DNA of 64,000 nucleotides. Origin: Eledone cirrhosa (lineage: Eukaryota). Positions within the stretch are counted from its first letter, which is position 1; the number at the start of each line of letters is the position of its first letter. The translations under genes and the position numbers were made by a program. The DNA lies in NCBI GenBank assembly GCA_964016885.1, contig OZ024742.1:213776001-213840000 (forward strand). Direction: 5' to 3'. Under the pieces are notes generated by a model, which searched no databases, was not told the origin of the DNA, and was given only the letters and a program-made list of their open reading frames with translations. Below are positions 42,740 through 58,409 of this stretch, piece by piece.

Positions 42740-43083
42740 GGTAATATTAACAACGCCATTGCAGAAGTGGGGAAAGTACTCTATCTCTATTATGAGCCAT
42801 TACGCTATTATGAGGCGAAGGTCAACATTTGTATATTGTAAGCATTATTGGAAATCCAGCCAACATATATCAGCATGCCAAAATGAAAGACTGATAATGA
42901 TGATGATGATGATGGTGGTGTATAATGATAGCCTCTGGATAAAGAGCTTCCTATACAGACTGGAAACCTTATCAACTACGCAGTGATATCACTGATATCA
43001 AAATGTTCTCAATAACTTTCTAGCAAAAATTGATTGCTACTGGCAAGAAATATTAACCAGCGTTACAGTATTGCAACATTAAG

Positions 43084-43130
<47 letters not shown>

Positions 43131-43196
43131 AATATATATATATATAATTATACAAGGATCGGAATTAGAGTATGCCGCAGTTCACAGTAATAATAA

Positions 43197-43378
43197 TTGT
43201 TTCTACTATTGGTACAAGGCCAGCAATTACGCAGTGTATTACTGGTACTTTATTTTATCAACCCCCGTAAGGATGAAAGGCAAAGTTAACCTCGGCGGGA
43301 TTTGAACTCAGAATGGCAAGGGCCGTAACTCTATACGTCAAAGCATGGCGTTCGACCCTCTACCGATACTGCCAATCC
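43197..43378 (-). mobile_element. tRNA-derived SINE
   Basis: Same family, with flanking duplication cagtaataataat. Confidence 0.8.
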
Positions 43379-43619
43379 AGTAATAATAATATTAGCTCGA
43401 AGAAGAACAGAGAATTTTCAACTGAGTTCAAATACAAACATATTACACAGAGAGAAGTGTGTTACACAGTGAGATGTGTGTAAAGAATTATTACATGTGA
43501 GTTTAACCGTTACTGTATGGAAAACAACACCTATAGGTTAGCAATTAAATAGAAAGAACCCTAAGTCAGAATCAAATCTCCGAAGTAGAGCTTTAAATTA
43601 CCAACCTTATAACTATAAG

Positions 43620-43695
43620 CTTGCTGATACGAATCTATTTCGTTTCGCCACTGAAATGTGTAGTGTAAAAGTCCACAGGGTCCTCAGTCAGCAAG
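43620..43695 (-). ncRNA. Type I hammerhead ribozyme
   Basis: CTTGCTGA-CTGAGGA-[ccctg...cagtggc, imperfect stem II with long loop]-GAAA-CGAA ataga TTCG-TA-TCAGCAAG. 8-bp stem I, 4-bp stem III and a GUA triplet. Confidence 0.75.
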
Positions 43696-44290
43696 TGTGC
43701 AAGACCTGGGGCAGTGCAAATATTTGGTCGTCTGTGCTGTGTCCGAGGCGAAAGCAACACTGTTCGTTAGCTATCTTCAACTCGACCATATCCCTTCATC
43801 TCTTTACCGTGGGTGGGGTGGCCTAACAAGGAGATTACACTATAATAAGAACAATGTATCTTTTTGAAAATTATAGTTATCATTCCCGATTGCCATTGAT
43901 TCGGTGCCTTACAAACACATACACACACATACATTCATATATATGCTCACACATAGGCGTATGTGAAACTATACAATATGTTTATGCATAATAAGCATAA
44001 AAAGTCTCGCAGTGGGTATTTTAAATGATGATCATATCACACCATGCAAGAATGCCAAATACTAGTATTTCAATATTTTAAACTATCCTCTCTGACGTAT
44101 ACTCACTCGGCACTAAGGCAAATTCATTGGTAGTTTATATAGAGATTTTTTAATATATACATTTGTGGAGATGGTCATTTTTATGAAACGGGGGCTTGAT
44201 GGGCTTGTATTAATTTGTAGGCAAACAGACACATTATCATTCAGAACCGTCCATGAAAACATTATGTATATATATATATATATAAATATA

Positions 44291-44671
44291 CATGGGTGTG
44301 TATGATTGTGTATAGAAGATTATATTAATAAAAGGAATTCCAACATTGTCTGATTTACTCGTTTTATTTACAATCTTTTAAAATTTATAATGGTATTAGA
44401 ATGAAATAGTATGTTAGAATATTAAATGTTACGTGTTAATTGAAGTACTTTCATGCTTTCGCAATCTTCAGGTTCATATTCTGTGGTGACAGTCAAGTTT
44501 GCAATTTTCAACTGTTGAAAATTGCAAACTTGACTGTCACCACAGAATATGAACCTGAAGATTGCGAAAGCACATGAAAGTACTTGTTCAATTAACACTT
44601 AACATTTAATATTCTAACATACTATTTCATTCTAATACCATTATAAATTTTAAAGGATTGTAAATAAAACG
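44291..44671. mobile_element. Second copy of the palindromic element
   Basis: Centre at 44513. Same arms and same leader gggtgtgtatgattgtgtatagaagat. Confidence 0.8.
44550..44590 (+). ncRNA. Hammerhead ribozyme, second copy of the 18033 family (2-nt insertion after stem II)
   Basis: TGAAC-CTGAAGA-ttgcgaaagcacat-GAAA-GTAC-TT-GTTCA. Confidence 0.55.
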
Positions 44672-45362
44672 ATGAAGGACCACTTTATTCATATGTAACC
44701 CATTAGCAACCACGCAGCACGTTTATTCTCATATTTACACATATTTTTTTCCCCGCTGTGACCCGTCTTTTTCGTTCTTACTGCTTCCTCTTTCTCTTTA
44801 CCCTCTCTAGCAGTCACTCTCTCTGTTAGCCTCTTCCTCATCCTTCACTCACTCATTCTCTGTTACTATCTCTCCTCCTCCTCCTTCTTCCCGTTTGACC
44901 TGTGCGTAATTCTTTTCTTTCGCACCCTTGGTCTGGCAGGTCGCTTTTTTCTCTCTCTCGTCTACGATTTCACAGAACTTACGTTCACCGAATTCACAGA
45001 CTAGATCCCTTCTTCCTCCCATTAGACCTGTACGGAATTCCTTCCTTGCTCACATTCCAACCAGGTTTGATGGTCTTTATTCTCTCTCGTTCACGATTTC
45101 ACCGAATTTATATTCATAGAAATTTGGGACTTGTCTCCTTCTTCCTCACTTTTCGTTGCTTCACCATCTTTGTTTGTTTACACTCGTGTCCTCTTTATTT
45201 ACGTGTCCCAACGACTTTTTTTAGCCGTTGCTCGCACCAACCGGAGGTATATGGTCTTTAAAGCGATGAAATACCAATGATGGTTGGAAGATCACTGATG
45301 AAGGACTAACTTTATTCATATGTAACCCATTAGCAACCACGCAGCACGTTTATTCTCATATT
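44671..45362 (+). mobile_element. Second copy of the ~630-bp partially tandem element
   Basis: gatgaaggac..ctttattcatatgtaacccattagcaaccacgcagc occurs at 44671 and ~45297. Confidence 0.7.
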
Positions 45363-45383
45363 TATATATATATATATATATGT

Positions 45384-45440
<57 letters not shown>

Positions 45441-46492
45441 TATTTATGTATATATGTGCTTAATAAATAAATGTATAAGTTTTAAGAAATCTAATGTTAG
45501 GGGAAAAATGAAGAGAGAACGAAAGAAAAAAATTCAACGAAATTTCAAAATAAAAATATAAAGAATAAAAACAGAAAAAACCCCTCTGACTAAATAACAA
45601 ATGAAATATGTTTTAACTATAACGATTTCTTAACGATAACATAATTTTTTTTAATGAATTATCTTAAACATTAGAGGAATGAAATATAATAAAGAATGTA
45701 ATATCTGAGGCGACATGAGGATGCTGATTGTGGATATTGTTATACAATGTGATATCACCAGTATTTCAATACATCAATAAGTTTATCATTTCTTATTCAG
45801 ACATTTTTCTTCGATAGCACTTCTTAGTCTCTTCTCCTTGTGTCTTTTCTTCTATATTTTATAAAATTTCCCCTTGCTTCTTTTCTATTTTTCGTTATTA
45901 GTTTCTTTTTCACAAATTTTAAAGATATTTATTTCTTAATTTAATTTAGTGAAGGCGCGTGGCTTAGTTGGAAACGCAATCATGAGGTTGCACGTTCAAT
46001 TCTCGGACCGGGCGATGCGTTGTGTCCTTGAGCAAGACACTTTATTTCACGTTGCTTTTTCTGCCAGGAGTTGCGACCGGTAGATAGTATTAGCAATGGA
46101 AAGATCAGTAGAAACATAGCTCTTTGGTCCGATTTGACGAGGTCTACCCCAACCGGCAAGCGATTAGGTCTGGAATCTTGTCGATCGATAAGAGCGAGTG
46201 ATCTTTTAATTTCTTTGAGTTAAATTTGAAAATCACATGACAAAGACAACACACACTTCAACGTAATTTCCCACACCTCTCTCTTTACGCATACGCATAC
46301 ATGGACAAACATGCATACGAATATTTAGACACACATATATGTATAAAAGTAACTAATCTTTGTTTAAATGTTCTTTAAGGTTTAAGGCTTTGAATTTTAG
46401 TTCAAGAATTTGGAACCTAAACTAAGTTTCTTTCATTCACAGCCATTCTTCTTGGTTTAGCTTGATGAACAACAATGAACCTGAGGTTAAAC

Positions 46493-46543
46493 TGTTAAAC
46501 TACTGATGAAGGTCATAAGCTCAGAAATTACTATAGTTCAGCA
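46493..46543 (+). ncRNA. Decayed hammerhead
   Basis: TGTTAAACTA-CTGATGA-aggtcataagctca-GAAA-TTAC-TA-TAGTTCAGCA. Good stem I, weak stems II and III. Confidence 0.5.
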
Positions 46544-46837
46544 ACATATTTGAATCAGCTAATTCACAACAATATGTATTTCTCATTTTCTGAGCCTTTA
46601 ATTCCTTTTCCTTTTTAGATATAACAGAAAATGCCCCACAAATTATAGCCTACCATCTTAAAGAAAGATTTGTGTAAGGTACATTGCTTGAAAATAACAC
46701 ATACATACATATTTATACAGGTGTGCAGTCAAGTATTTATTAGTTGCGGTGTGTGCACATTCGAAACGTCACACCACTGGCGAAAATGGGAAGTGATCGA
46801 TATATAATATGTATGTATGTATGTATGTATGTATGTT

Positions 46838-47585
46838 ACGATTCGCGGGGTGCCGGCATCGGACGCACTTCCCCTTCGATCCGTCGTCGCGACCCGTTCC
46901 CGTCAGGCTGGATGGCGCGCGGTGTCCGCAGGTCGCAGAGCGGCGTCCCGCCTAGAAAACGAACCGTTCCCATATGTCAGGTCACCACTTGGTGCTACTG
47001 GTAACATGTATCCCAGTACAACCTGTGTCATGGTCGGGTCGTTGGCGACTAAACTGGCAACCCCACCAAGGTTTCTTGGTGAGGAGGGTGACTTTGGACA
47101 TCCTGCAGGACTAAAAACAAAACCTGTCAAAGGGCAAAGGAGCTCTTAAGAGTCAATGGCCATCCAAAATCACTGGGAGAGATGACCCCTTAGCCTTTGT
47201 CAAGGCAGAATTCTAGGAGAAGGAAAACTCTGATATAACACCTGCAACCCTGATGGTATCCAATGATGTTGACTTGTTCTTCTTTTTGGTAAATATCATC
47301 TTGGTTAAGAGAGTGGGACTGGCTTTGTGCAGTGCCTTTGCTCACTATAAAAGCTTCATGGCACAGGCATTGCTTTGTATTGGAGATCTCTCTGCACTTG
47401 TCGTCACATGGTACCAAAGGTAAAGCACTATGTGTCAATAATTGTCACAAGTGTAGTGTTTGTACCAGAGTTTTCAAGTCGCTGGCTGGACTAAAAAGTC
47501 ACACTCGTTCAGCGCATCGGTAGGGGTTCTCCTACATGGATATAAAGTAGTGGCCGTACTCGAAAACGAGTTGGCAGCCACCATG
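46838..47585 (+). mobile_element. Non-autonomous RTE-related element with (TATG)n tail
   Basis: Shares gcgactaaac...ggacatcctgcagga..aaaaacaaaa...gagagtggga..ggc...tactcgaaa.cgagtt with 120-600 and 51100-51570. Has a GC-rich 5' end and ends in (TATG)n. Confidence 0.6.
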
Positions 47586-47639
47586 TATGTATGTATGTAT
47601 GTATGTATGTATGTATGTATGTATGTATGTATGTATGTA

Positions 47640-50600
47640 TCCATGTTCTTCTGGTTTTATAATTTCACAAAGTTTTACCAATAGAGAGAGAGTCGGTTTC
47701 TAAAATAGACACAAGACTCTCTCATTGGAATTTACACAACATCAACTAGGTAGATATGTATGTATGCATGCATGTGTAGATATGGATGTTATTGTATGAG
47801 TGGATGTGTATGTTTTGAGTTGTATGTGTGCATGTGTATATGCTTTGTATCTGTATCTGTGTACATGCAGTTATTAGATGCAACATTTTTGGAATGTTTT
47901 ACATATTTTTACTGTTCCATTAATGGATTGTACTTGTAGTTTCCTAACTAGTTGTGTTCTTTCTGTTTCTGTGAAGCCTAGCTTCTCAAGATTTGTATTG
48001 AGGCAGTTACTAACATATCCCAGTGCCCCAATAATCACAGGCATAAATCTGAAGGTGTAATCAGGGTGGAGTATCTGCAGATTTCTCATCAGTTCTGCAT
48101 AAATATTCTCCTTTTCACTAATCTTTGATATTATATTGGCATCTGCTGGGCAGCTAATTTCCACTACTGTGCATGTTTTCTTCTCCCTGTCCCATATCAT
48201 AATATCTGGTCTGTTATGCCTGCATTTTATTGGGGTTTTTACTGGAACATTCCACCAGTACTCTTTCATATTATATACATGGATGTCTTCCACATTGTTG
48301 TAGCTTTTAATGTGTTTATTATCGGGGCTATCTTTTTTACGAACTGCATAGTACAGTGTTTTGGCCACTACATCATGCCTCATAGGTCGATAGTACCGCG
48401 ATGACATCTTTGGACAGCTGCTGATGACATGGGTGATATCCTCGATGTTAGTTCTGCAGAGTCTGCACTTGTTATCACATCTAGGTGTTTTGCCTGCAGC
48501 CCTATCTCTTTTGTGAATCAGGTATTTCGTGCTAATCTCCTGTTCTTGGATTGCAAGAGCGTATCCTTCAAAGTGGGAGCCAATATAGCGGTTGTTGGTC
48601 CAAGATAGACCACTTTCCTTATCTATATTACTCTCACTCTGGAGCTTCCTGGCAACATACCCATGCACGATTTTTTGCTGTTAGGCATGCAGTTTTTCAT
48701 CCATGGATTCACTGCGATACTGCTGAGCGACATCCCTGGGTGTGAATTTTTAATTATCACACAGGGAATATCTCTCAAGGAGTTCCTTCCCAACTCTCAT
48801 GATCTTATCTGTTTCATACAGATAGACTTGTTCGAGAAGCGGGCTCCTACGCTTCGAGGTTCATAGATGTCGGAGAGATATGATGCGACATTCCAATGTT
48901 GTCTGGACTGATGTTAGGCCTCTGCCTCCCTGCAAAGGCGGTCTATGTCACTGTTGATGTGGAAGTTTCCGGTGTTGTTCAGTATTTTTCGAGTTCCAAC
49001 ATCAACTGCTCGGATTTCGTCTATCGTCCAATTGAGTATTCCAGAGGTTGGTGTTAGGACAGGCACAGCAAACACATTGTGAGCCACTGTTTTGTTTTGC
49101 GTAGAGAGTTCCGATGACCAGATCTTTCTTAATCGGGTGTAGTATTCCCTGGTTACGCGTTCTTTATTACATATACCATTATAGGATATGTTCTCATCTA
49201 TCCCCAGGTATCTGTAGCAGTCCTCATCAGATATCGGTGAAACAGTTAGACCATTGATAACAATGTTGCTAGATTGGGTTGTTGTTTTTACCCGCTTTAC
49301 AGTCATGTATGAGCATTTATCTTGGCCAAACTCCATTCCTATATCATTTGAGAACGTTGTAACCAGGTCAAGATTTTTCTTCATCCCATCCATGTTCTTG
49401 GCATAGAGTTTCAGATCGTCCACAAAGAAGGTATGGGTTAGGTTCGTATTTCTGTCCTCCTGTGAGCCAATGATGAGCAGAAAGGACAAGGGGTTTAATG
49501 ACAAGATGAACAATATCACAGAGAGACTGTCCCCCTGAAATATACCCCTGCAATATTTTATTTTATCAGTGAAAATAGAGTCCTCCCTCTCTGTCTTTAA
49601 CCTTAGGATAGTAGCCCAAGAAGAAGACAGCCTCTCTATGGCTCTGACAATAATGTCTGGGACTTTAGCAAGTTGGAGGGCCTCTATCTTCCTAGAGTGG
49701 GGAACAGAATCGAAAGCTTTCTTGTAGTCCAGCCAGACTGTAGTCATATTCCTCCTAAGTTGTCGCACCTCCGACATCGCAGTTTTGTTGATTAGGAGTT
49801 GTTTAGCACATCCCCCAACCCTTTTTTTCCAGCTGCTTGTTCATCTGTGTTGTTGTTATTATTTTCACAGTGATCTTGGAGGAATAGGTTCAGGCAGGCT
49901 ATATACATCTTATACATCAGGTTCTGGCATGCAATGGATCGGTAGATTTTTGCCAAGTGGGTGTCTTTGTTCTTGGGGACAAGTAACGTTTGTGCTAATG
50001 TCAACCATTCTGGTATAAGTGTATCTCCCTTAAGAACTTGTTGGTAGAGGTCTGTAAGATACCTCCGATAGAATATTAGTTTTTTGTACCAGTAGCCGAC
50101 AATCATGTCTCTTCCTGGTGTTTTCTTATCTTGGAGTTTTCCTACCACAGTCTCAAGGGTACCCTCACTTATTTCGTATGTTTTTGTTGTAGTGTAGGAG
50201 CAATAGTTCTTTCGGATTTCTCTTAGCCACACTGCATTTTGGTTGAAATTCTTCTTTTCACCCCATATTTTTCTCCAAAAGGAATCTGTCTTTCTGGGAT
50301 GGGGCCTCAGTGACGACACTTATTATTTTGCCCTTCATATCTCTATAGACTGATGTTTGGTTTAGTCTGAATCTTTTATTAAGCATTTTTCTCTCATCTA
50401 CCTTCTTCAGGTATCGGCGTTTTTCGATAACAGCTCTCAATTCTTGTTTGATGGTGATCAGCTTATATTGGAGAGTTCTGGTTCTACTGTTACCAAACAT
50501 CGTCTCTATTTTATTTTTCACTCTTTGTTGGTGAGGAGTGAGGTTTTTTTGTGTTTGTTTGCACGTACGGAGCATTGTTACATGTCCTATGTTTTTTCGC
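47640..50600 (-). mobile_element. Second R4/Dong-type RLE LINE, degenerate, next to a (CATA)n tract
   Basis: Fragmented ORFs (50575-50258, 50319-49792, 49777-48914, 48668-47874) with LDYKKAFDSVPH, GIFQGDSLS, FFVDDLKL, CRLC..HVISSC, RHDVVA, RPDIMIWD and EISCP. Multiple frameshifts. Confidence 0.88.
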
Positions 50601-51570
50601 TCGGTTAACCACTGGGAGTGAAGGACCCTTAGCCTTTATCAGGGCATTCTTCTAGAAGGTAACTCGCTCGGTTAACCACTGGGAGTGAAGGACCCTTAGC
50701 CTTTATCAGGGCATTCTTCTAGAAGGTAACTCAGGAAACTGGGATAACTCTGACATAAAACCTGCGGCTCAGTAGTTACCGATGATGTTGATCTTTTCTT
50801 CTTTATGGGTTTTAGCTACTGTCGCTCAGAGAGTGGGATTGGCTCAGTGCACAGTATTTCTTCACTTTCAAAAACACTTTCACGCACAGGCATTGCACGA
50901 TAGAATTAATTAATAATTATTAATAATGGTACATCGTGCAATGGTCATACTCGATAACGAGGAGGGAGCAATTATCATCATGTATATATGCATGTATGTA
51001 TGTGTGTGTGTGTATGCATGCATGCATGTATGTATGTATGTATGTATGTATGTATGTATGTATGTATGTATGTATGTATGTTTGTTTACATATAGCCACC
51101 ATATGTGAGGTCGCTCTTCGGCGCTACTGGCAACATGTAAACCAGTACAACAAGTGCATGATCGGGTCGTCGGTGACAAAACCGGCACTCCACCAAGCTT
51201 GCTTGGTGAGGAGGGTGAATTTTGTCACCTTGAGGGATGAAAAACAATACCCGCCAAAGGGCTGAGGAACTTAGGAGAGTCAACGGCCATCCAATAAGGT
51301 TTCTTTTGTTTTTGCGGAGCGAGGGACTCCTAGTCTTCATTAAGACATTTTCCAGAAGGTCACTCTGATATAAAACCTACGACTTCGTTTGCATCCAATG
51401 ATGTAGACCAGTTCTTCTCTTGGGCAAATGCATTCGATGTTCAGAGAGTGGGATTGGCTCCGTGCAAAACCTTTCCTCACTTAAAAAGCTTCAAGCACAT
51501 GCATCGCTTGATATGTGACACTTTTTGCGATGGTATTACTCGAAATCGAGTTGCAGCCATCATCATGTAT
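50598..51570 (+). mobile_element. Two RTE-related non-autonomous elements; the first has a ~67-bp tandem duplication at its 5' end
   Basis: Homologous to 120-1010. cgctcggttaaccactggg...gaaggtaact is repeated twice. Confidence 0.6.
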
Positions 51571-52057
51571 GTATATATATTTACATATAGTCACCGTACT
51601 GCTAGATACCAAACTCCTCCCCCCCACCACTGTACTGTATTTAATTAACCTTTCCGGGTTATCTCATGTGCCTTTCTTAAAAAACAGAATTAGTAATTCT
51701 CATCACTGACTATGCAATTTTATTAGTCAAAATCTCTTGGTTTATTCCATCAAATATATTAGTGTTCACTTTCCACGAAGCAGGCTTTCCAGGGTATTTC
51801 CCATTAGTATTTTTATAGTTTCCTTGCTATTCCTGATCACATGGTGCCTTGTAAGAAACAAATTGCCACGGTTGTAATTCATTTTGCCATTAATTCTCCT
51901 CGATAAGGTCAGACCTGTAGTTCAGCAACAATATCACCAATAATGGGCCTCTACATGATTAATCGACTTGTTATAGTCTTAAAAATAGTAAGGTACATTG
52001 AATAATATAGTTCGATATATATACACTGTAATAAAAATCATATAGTTATAACTGGAA

Positions 52058-52100
<43 letters not shown>

Positions 52101-52979
52101 GCTACTCCAAAGTAGGAGTCGGGAGTGGAATTATGAAAGTTTCCAACTTACCAAAATTGCCGTAGACTTCATCCGTAAAAAAGAGTATAATGACACTCAG
52201 AATTAAACAATATTTATTGAGAGCCATTTCTGCTAATTTCAACATTCATAGAAGCTGAAAAAAAAAGAAAAAAAAAAAGAAAAGCAAAATTTGAAACTCA
52301 TATTCCTTAGGGTGTTGTTGGGGCGCCACATTGACATACGGCGTTTCTAGGGTATTTTTCAAAACCTAACGGAGCCCATCATGGTTTGAATAAATCAGAT
52401 TTCTTCCAACGAAGGCTAGAAAGTGAGAAAGAGGCATAGAGGAGGAGGAATCGATCCAAGTACTACACTGGTATATGTTTTACTGACCTGGAATGGATGA
52501 AAAGCAAAGTTGACTTCGTCGGTATTTGAACTGACAGAACAGAGAGTCGAAACGAATAACGCAAAGCATTCTATCCAATGTTCCAACGACTCTGTCAATT
52601 CCTCGCCTTATATGCCGCACACACTCAAATAAAAATCAATTTCATGTGAATGTCAACCCCCTAGGGCGGTGTTTAAAATCTGGCATTTTCCCTGTATCTC
52701 GTGAAAAAGTTGATTTTAGTTTTTCACAAACAATAGATCGACATTTGATGCTCGGGAAATTAATCTGTGGATATATTTTCTGGAAGGGAAATTGAGTGCG
52801 CCCTCTCTTTCATTATGCGCTTTGATGTACAATTCATATAAACAGTAGGGTATGAGTTCCTCATGCAATTACTGCAATACTCTATGTGTCTAATTGTTGC
52901 CATATACTAGGTGTCTAACTGATATTCCGTCGGCTACAACGACGAGTGTTCTGACACAGTCAACAGAACAGCATACTCG

Positions 52980-53237
52980 AGAAATTGACGTGCAAGTGGT
53001 TGAGTATTCCACAGACACGTGTAAGCTTAATGTAATTCTCCGGGAGTTCCAGCGTGACACAGTGTGTGACAAGGCTGGCTCATTGAATTCCAGGTACAAC
53101 TCATTTGTGTCAGCTGAGTGGACTGACGTGGCGTGAAATAAGTGTTTTGCTCGAGGACACAACTTGCAGTCGGGAATTGAACTCATGATCATACGACAGT
53201 GAGCTAAATACTCTAATCTCTAAGCTACACGCCTTCC
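52980..53237 (-). mobile_element. Second tRNA-derived SINE family
   Basis: The 5' end gaaggcgtgtagcttaga...gagttcaattccc matches 45952-46055 (+) and 30480-30640 (-). The body also occurs at 41880-42000 and 10740-10860. Confidence 0.55.
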
Positions 53238-53444
53238 CATACTAGGTGTGATACAAAGTATATCACATCATTTCTCATATTAAACTACTCCCAGAGACAG
53301 TGCGTGGGTGGTCTTCTAGTTGTGTATCCCGCACGTGATTGAAATCGATGAAATCGTATCGTAATCTCATCTTGTGTAGCTTAGAATACTTCATGTTTAA
53401 CCATCCTCAGCACTTGACAATTTGTTTTTATATTATGCAAAATA

Positions 53445-53614
53445 CCGTATTTCCCGGTGTCGAAGACGCTACCCTTTTCCTTAAATAACTCTCAAAAATC
53501 TACCATGCGTCCTGGAGGCCGAAGGTTGTTTATTATCTTTTTTTTCAAATTTTTGGCTGTCAAAATTAGGGTGCGTCCTCGAGGACGAAGCGTCTTCGGC
53601 ACCGGGAAATACGG
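53445..53614. mobile_element. Tc1/mariner(pogo)-type MITE
   Basis: TIRs CCGTATTTCCCGGTGTCGAAGACGC / GCGTCTTCGGCACCGGGAAATACGG, with TA on both sides. Confidence 0.8.
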
Positions 53615-54203
53615 TAAGTAACAGAAATATTTTAAAATTCATTTTCAACGTAAACATTTGGTGATAACGATGTCTTGTATTATACTTAATGCGGGAGTCT
53701 TCCTGCTAGGACTATTTCGAGAAGAAACTAAAGAAGATTCCTTTTTTAGTGGACTCACGGACATGAAGTCACATGCTGGATTCTAGAAAAGTGGAACGTG
53801 TGTTCTAGAGCAAGCCGCTTCATTTCATGTTGCTTTTCATAATAGAACTGGGTTCCTATCATTAAAACATTCCAGGAAAACTTCTATACTTAAAAGAAGA
53901 TGGGGTAGTGAGGTTTAAAACGTAGGGTGGTCCAGATTGGAGCAGCTTAAAAATAATTTGGTCATCACGATTGGAACCTTTAAAAAAGGGCTGCTTGGTC
54001 AAGGTTGTAACACTCTTGAAAGGGAAAAGCAAATGCTGATAAAGGGTTGACAGCAGTGATCTCATAGGGGAGCTTAGAAAATAAGGAGCCGAAAGAGATA
54101 CGACAAAGTTTTAAGAAATCCGACTATTGGCCATCAGGGGTTATTACCTTATTTATGATCCCGAAAGGATGAAAAACAGAAGTGATAAACAGAAAAACAG
54201 AAG

Positions 54204-56211
<2,008 letters not shown>

Positions 56212-56459
56212 AAACAGGACATCGAAATCGATCAGCAGCGCGCCCAATGCCTTTTATCAATCAAACGCTCGTATCATATAAATACAAATGTATATACCTC
56301 TCTGCACGTATATATATATATATATATATTAATATCAATATACGTATATATGTATGTATATATATAGTTATGTAATAAACAACATAAGACAATTATTTCA
56401 CTTACCAGTGGTTTCTTAAAAGCAAACAAATTTTATTACATAACTATTAAGCTCCGTAA

Positions 56460-56502
<43 letters not shown>

Positions 56503-56613
56503 TCAAATATGTACATACATTTGTTTTGATATGTACGATACGTGGTGTGTGTGTGTATCTATGCATGCGTGTAAATAAATACTGTCCTCCATCCCTCCCT
56601 CAACCCCCTATAT

Positions 56614-56693
<80 letters not shown>

Positions 56694-56809
56694 AGAGGAG
56701 TAATCGAAAAGTCATTAGACCATTTCAAAATATAATAGCCCTTTTAATTGCAAAAATTAATTGTAAGAAGTTATATTTCAAAATGCTCCGGTGACTTTAG
56801 GCCACCCTG

Positions 56810-56861
<52 letters not shown>

Positions 56862-57461
56862 AATATATATACATACACACATGTATAGGTGTTTGTTTGT
56901 GTATTGTGTCGATGAACTTTTGTTCACAGCAGTCAGACATTGGTGTAAGAAAGACATTATTCATTATGGCAGAGTCGCCGATCGTTGATATATCAAACAA
57001 TACACACGGGAATAATTGGATGATATCAATAACAACATTCTGGAGAAACACAGACTCACAAAGGAGAAACCTTTACCGCCACCACCACGGCGATAGCCGC
57101 TAACACCACCACCGGCACCACCGAGACCACCACCACCACCACCACCACCGTCACCTCAATAACGACTATCAGAGGATGTTGACCCTTCTAATCTTCCTCT
57201 CTCTTTTACTTCGAGACTTCGTCATCATTGTTAACACTTTATCAATATCTTAGTTAAAATTAATAGACACCACCACCACCACCACCACCACCACCACCAC
57301 CAGCGGTATCAGTATCAGTAGCACAACCACCATCACCATCGATGCCACCGTCACCATGACCACCACCGTCGTCATTGACTTGTTCCACTCTATCCCTATT
57401 ATCTTCACCATTGAAATTGTCTCGGTATTCATCGATATTTGATTTATGTATGTGTCTGCGT

Positions 57462-57526
<65 letters not shown>

Positions 57527-58297
57527 TAGAGAGACACGAATCACATAAACATTCAAACACATATATATATATACCTACACACACACACACACATATATAT
57601 ATATATGGAGACAGAGATAGGGTGGAGAGAGAAGGAACGTATTGTGTGAGAAAAGAGGAGTAGATTGATTACTCCAGTTCCATGTGTTCCCGAAATAGCT
57701 ACTGGCAAGAGATCAATTGTCTTCCTGTTCCTGCCGACAGATAACACACACTATAGGAATAATAATGTTGACCTTAGCTGATGCTGCAATCCATTTCCTA
57801 GAAAAGACGCACTGTTTTCAACACAATTCAAAGCATCCATTACCAGAACATAAAAAGCTCACTGTTTGGACAAAATTAGAGTAACAATGTGATGTTGGAA
57901 GTTTATTATCTTTATTATATATTTATTTATTGGTAAAGGACAATGAATAGCAGAATGAGAAAGTGGTGTCTAGTTGTAACTATCTATGTTCTAATTTCAA
58001 ATCTCCATTGCAGTTAATGTCTTTTATAACGTTAAGTTTAGAATGTCAATGAAATAGACTAATGAACCTATCAAGTAATGCTATCAATATATACCTCAAC
58101 AGCTTACATACATCTGTATGAGGCTGACTACCGTTAATATTGTTACACACTTAACACACACACACACACACACACACACACGCGCATGTAAAAGGTAAAC
58201 AGAAATAACAAAACAAACGACACAGTACATGGAAGCAATTTATTAGTTTAAAACCTGAAATATTAATATTTATGTGTGTTTTGTTTGTTTAATTTAT

Positions 58298-58353
<56 letters not shown>

Positions 58354-58409
58354 TATTGGTGCTATATATTTATTTCATTTATTAACTATATATATATATA
58401 TATATATAG

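Noticed and set aside
45255-45310. GAAA...CTGATGA suggesting a type II hammerhead (also 29410-29470)
   Set aside because: Stem I and the U16.1-H17 position cannot be formed.
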